Assembly: GCA_902762505.1 (NCBI GenBank)
Contig: CACWOQ010000012.1
Location: 2,481 to 66,480 of the forward strand
Reading direction: 5' to 3'
Length of the DNA: 64,000 bases
Origin: an uncultured Ruminococcus sp.
Lineage (GTDB): Bacteria; Bacillota; Clostridia; Oscillospirales; CAG-272
Positions 60,549 to 64,000 of the stretch are shown piece after piece (within the stretch, counting starts at the first letter, position 1; each line of letters begins with the position of its first letter). The position numbers were made by a program, and so were the translations under genes. Below the pieces are notes generated by a model. It saw nothing but the letters and a program-made list of their open reading frames with translations. It did no database searches and was not told the DNA's origin.

Positions 60549-62075
60549 TTACATGAATTCGATGATCTGCTCGTCGTCGGCCGACAGGATCTTCGCCATG
60601 GCGCGGCGGGATCTGAGCCGCTCCGCCGTTACGGCGCGGAAGCCGAGGAGCTGGATCGTGATAAGAGGAGTCATGGCGACCATCGCAACGACGCCGAACG
60701 CGTCGAACGGGATCTTTGAAACGTCCTGGACTGTCGCGCACGCGCCGACGGCGAACGGCAGGATGAAGCTTGAGGTCAAAGGACCGCTGGCGACTCCGCC
60801 GGAGTCGAACGCTATCGCCGTGTAAACTCCGGGAACGAGCAGTGAAAGCCCGAGCGAGAGGATGTAACCCGGAATTATATAATAAAGGATACTGAAATCG
60901 AAGATGATCCTTATCATCGAAAGCGCGACGGATATGCCTACGCCGACGGACAGCGCGATCATCATGGAGCGCTTGCTGACGGCGCCGCCGGTCACCTGCT
61001 CGACCTGGTTGTTGAGCACGTGTACCGCGGGCTCGGCGAGGACCGTAGCCATACCGGTGATGAATCCGAACACAACGAGTAAAGCGGGGTGGCTGCCCGT
61101 CGAAAGCTCGGTGCCGAGCTTGAAGCCGACCGGCATGAAGCCTATCTTTACCGCGGTCATGAATATCACGAGCCCGACGAAGGTGTAAAGTATCCCGAGA
61201 ACTATCTGAGACAGCTTTTTCGCCGGAAGCTTCAGCACCGTGAACTGAAGGATGAAGAAGAATACGGAGATGAGAACGAGCGCAGCGGCGACCTCCTTCA
61301 CCGTGTCAAGCAGCGTGTGAAGGACCTGCACGCCGATCTTCGACGAAACGGAATAATCCGGCAGCTCATATCTGAAGCCGCCCGTCGAAAACGCGCCGAT
61401 CATGACGACGGCGAGCACGGGACCAACGGAGCACATGGCGATGGAGCCGAAATTGTTTTCCGCCCCCTTGCTTCGCCCGACGGATGAAGCTATGCCGATA
61501 CCGAGCGACATGATGAACGGCACGGTTATCGGTCCCGTCGTTACGCCGCCGGAGTCGAACGCAAGCGCCGTGAAGCCGCTGCCTCCGCGGAGTATCATAA
61601 CGGCTACGAGCGCGAAAAGCGCAAGATAGAAAAACATGAGATATTGCGGCAGGGGCTTGTTTTTCAGCGTCCTTATCACGGACAAAAGCAGAAACAGACC
61701 CACGCCCGCGCCGACGACGGCGATAAGGACGATCGGCTTCACCATATCCGAGACCTGCCCGGATAAGACCGTCAGGTCCGGCTCCGCGGCTGTGATCATC
61801 ACGCCCATGACAAAGCAGACGATCAGAAGCAGAGCAGGCTTGCCGGATCTTGAAAGACCGGAGCCGATATGCTCGCCCATCGGCGACATCGCAAGGTCGG
61901 AGCCGAGATCGAACAGACCGATGCCGACGACGAGCATCGCGGCGGAAACAAGAAACGCCGCAAGCTCGGCGCCGCTCAGACTGACGAACGGCGTGAAATA
62001 CATGATAATGACTATCGCCGCGACGGGCGCCACGGAGAAAGCCGCTTCTTTTATTTTAGCAAGAAGGATCCTCAA
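60549..62075 (-). CDS. DUF1538 membrane protein (two fused repeats)
   Basis: Two copies of AEP(D/A) and AFDSGGV(TT/AS)GP; likely TTG start at 62075 after AAGGAG. Confidence 0.9.
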   Translation of the reverse strand: MRILLAKIKEAAFSVAPVAAIVIIMYFTPFVSLSGAELAAFLVSAAMLVVGIGLFDLGSDLAMSPMGEHIGSGLSRSGKPALLLIVCFVMGVMITAAEPDLTVLSGQVSDMVKPIVLIAVVGAGVGLFLLLSVIRTLKNKPLPQYLMFFYLALFALVAVMILRGGSGFTALAFDSGGVTTGPITVPFIMSLGIGIASSVGRSKGAENNFGSIAMCSVGPVLAVVMIGAFSTGGFRYELPDYSVSSKIGVQVLHTLLDTVKEVAAALVLISVFFFILQFTVLKLPAKKLSQIVLGILYTFVGLVIFMTAVKIGFMPVGFKLGTELSTGSHPALLVVFGFITGMATVLAEPAVHVLNNQVEQVTGGAVSKRSMMIALSVGVGISVALSMIRIIFDFSILYYIIPGYILSLGLSLLVPGVYTAIAFDSGGVASGPLTSSFILPFAVGACATVQDVSKIPFDAFGVVAMVAMTPLITIQLLGFRAVTAERLRSRRAMAKILSADDEQIIEFM

Positions 62076-62076
62076 T

Positions 62077-63354
62077 TCATTCTCCTTTTGACGAAAGCGA
62101 AGATAACGCTTTGTCAAGGTCTTCAATGATGTCGTCGCAGTTTTCAAGTCCCACGGACAGGCGTACCATGCCGGCGTTTATCCCGGCGGCAACAAGCTGT
62201 TCGTCGGTAAGCTGTCTGTGAGTCATCGAAGCGGGGTGGAGAACACAGGTGCGTATATCGGCGACGTGTACCTCGCGCGACGCCATCCGGAGCGAATCCA
62301 TGAACTTTTCCGCCGGTCCGCGTCCGCCCTTCACGTCAAAGGAGATGACGCCGGAGCTGCCCTTCGGCATATATTTTTCCGCGAGAGCGTGATATTTGTC
62401 GCCCTTCAATCCCGGATATCTTACGGTTTCGACCATCGGGTGACGGCTTAAGAATTCCGCGACCTTCATCGCGTTTTCGCAGTATCTGTCCATTCTGACG
62501 GCGAGCGTTTCAAGACCGAGGTTGAGCAGGAACGCCGAGTGCGCAGACGGGTACGCGCCGAAATCGCGCATGAGCTGCATACGCGCCTTGCCTATATAAG
62601 CGGCGCTGCCGAATTTTTCCGTGTAAACAAAGCCGTGATACGATTCGTCGGGCTCCGTGAATTCGGGGAATTTGCCGTTTGCCCAGTTGAATTTTCCGGA
62701 GTCAACGATCACGCCGCCGCCCTGCAGAGCGTGACCGTCCATGTATTTCGTCGTGGAATGGACGACTATATCGGCGCCGAAATCGAACGGCTTGCACAAA
62801 ATGGGCGTCGCGAACGTGTTGTCTATTATCAGCGGAACGCCGTGTCTGTGCGCGATCCTTGCGAATTTTTCGATATCGAATACGGAAAGCGCGGGGTTCG
62901 CGAGAGTTTCGCCGAAAACAAGGCGGGTATTGTCAGCGAAAGCGGCGTCGATCTTCTCCTCGTCGTCGTCCGCGTCGACGAAGATGCATTCGATCCCGAG
63001 TTTTTTGAGCGTTACGGCGAAGAGGTTGATCGTTCCGCCGTAGATGGTCGGCGCGGAAATTATGCTGTCGCCGGCGCGGCAGAGATTGAGAACGCTCATC
63101 AGACTCGCCATCTGACCTGACGACGTGCACATCGCCCCTACGCCGCCTTCAAGGTCGGCGATCTTTTTCTCGACGCATTCTACCGTCGGATTGGAAAAGC
63201 GCGAATACATATGCGCGTTCGGGAAGTTGAACAGATCTCCGATCTGCTCAGCTGTATCGAAAACGTAAGTCGTGCTCTGTACTATCGGCATTACGCCCGG
63301 CTCGCCGTTTTTCGGCGTGTAGCCTGATCTTATGCATTTTGTTTCGTCTCTCAT
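62077..63354 (-). CDS. metY: O-acetylhomoserine aminocarboxypropyltransferase / sulfhydrylase
   Basis: YSRFSNPT, SSGQ, YGGT, IDNTFATP, HSTTKY (PLP Lys), HPASMTH, RLSVGLE. Confidence 0.9.
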   Translation of the reverse strand: MRDETKCIRSGYTPKNGEPGVMPIVQSTTYVFDTAEQIGDLFNFPNAHMYSRFSNPTVECVEKKIADLEGGVGAMCTSSGQMASLMSVLNLCRAGDSIISAPTIYGGTINLFAVTLKKLGIECIFVDADDDEEKIDAAFADNTRLVFGETLANPALSVFDIEKFARIAHRHGVPLIIDNTFATPILCKPFDFGADIVVHSTTKYMDGHALQGGGVIVDSGKFNWANGKFPEFTEPDESYHGFVYTEKFGSAAYIGKARMQLMRDFGAYPSAHSAFLLNLGLETLAVRMDRYCENAMKVAEFLSRHPMVETVRYPGLKGDKYHALAEKYMPKGSSGVISFDVKGGRGPAEKFMDSLRMASREVHVADIRTCVLHPASMTHRQLTDEQLVAAGINAGMVRLSVGLENCDDIIEDLDKALSSLSSKGE

Positions 63355-64000
63355 TATACGGACTCTCTTTCAAAATAATATTTATGTCTGTGCGTGCGTA
63401 CGCTCATCACGACGCCTATGCACATATATAAGCTTACCATGGACGAGCCTCCGTAGCTGATGAACGGAAGCGTAAGTCCTATTACCGGCAGCGTGCCGAG
63501 GCACATGCCGATATTTTCGATCGTCTGAAATATCAGAAGCGCCGCGATACCTATGCAGATATAACCTCCGTATTCGTGCCGCGCAGTCTGAGCCGCGCGC
63601 AGTATGCGGTATATCACGACGCTTATCAGCGCGATATAGATCAGGATCCCTATGAATCCGAATTCCTCACCCATGACGCCGAGGATCATATCCGTCTCAC
63701 GCGCAGGGTACGTTCCTTTCAGTGGTGAATGAGTGATGGTGCCTTTCCCGAAGCCCATCCCGGTCACCCCGCCGTTCTGCAGCGCGCGGATAGTCTGTAT
63801 CACCTGATAGCCCTTGTCCGTCGGGTCGAGATACGGATCGAAGCCGACGAGGATCCTCATTTTCTGATAGTTTTCAAGTCTGCTCCACAGAAACGGGGCG
63901 GCGACCGCCGTGAGCACCGCGCCGCCTAACAGGTACCACAGGCTCATCTTCGCGGCGATCCACATGAAAATGAATATCACGACGAATACGACGGCGGCGC
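63354..64000 (-). CDS. RodA/FtsW/SpoVE (SEDS) family protein, 5' end outside the window
   Basis: GYQVIQ, G.G.GKG, ETDMI, GEEFGF, LPFISYGGSS; frame stays open to the window edge. Confidence 0.9.
   Translation of the reverse strand, partial: AAVVFVVIFIFMWIAAKMSLWYLLGGAVLTAVAAPFLWSRLENYQKMRILVGFDPYLDPTDKGYQVIQTIRALQNGGVTGMGFGKGTITHSPLKGTYPARETDMILGVMGEEFGFIGILIYIALISVVIYRILRAAQTARHEYGGYICIGIAALLIFQTIENIGMCLGTLPVIGLTLPFISYGGSSMVSLYMCIGVVMSVRTHRHKYYFERESV

Overview
Chromosomal segment of a moderately GC-rich Firmicute, most likely Clostridia (inferred from the L7Ae-rpsL-rpsG-fusA-tuf order, sigmaA-type promoters and an ECF S-component). It is densely coding, with about 55 CDS and no rRNA, tRNA, CRISPR or intact transposase seen. 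Housekeeping blocks: the str operon; trkA-ktrB-ktrA-trkH; yhaO-yhaN-rsmG-ribF-dac; uppP-ftsK-DJ1-5FCL-CPBP-mltG; rodA-metY. Accessory or poorly characterised modules: (i) VTC polyphosphate polymerase + DUF4956 + lipoprotein CotH-family kinase operon, my best candidate for an under-described system; (ii) luxE-luxC without luxDAB; (iii) DUF1538 transporter with two PII-like proteins; (iv) AraC + GH109-like oxidoreductase + NodB-like protein. Non-coding items: a variant FMN riboswitch starting 27 nt after the tuf stop codon, a ~240-bp multi-hairpin repeat element (7056-7296), a 126-bp MITE that supplies the stop codon of a radical SAM gene, and a possible S7 autoregulatory leader. One sialate O-acetylesterase gene is split by a single in-frame TGA. 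All family calls were made by eye from motifs; no database searches were run.
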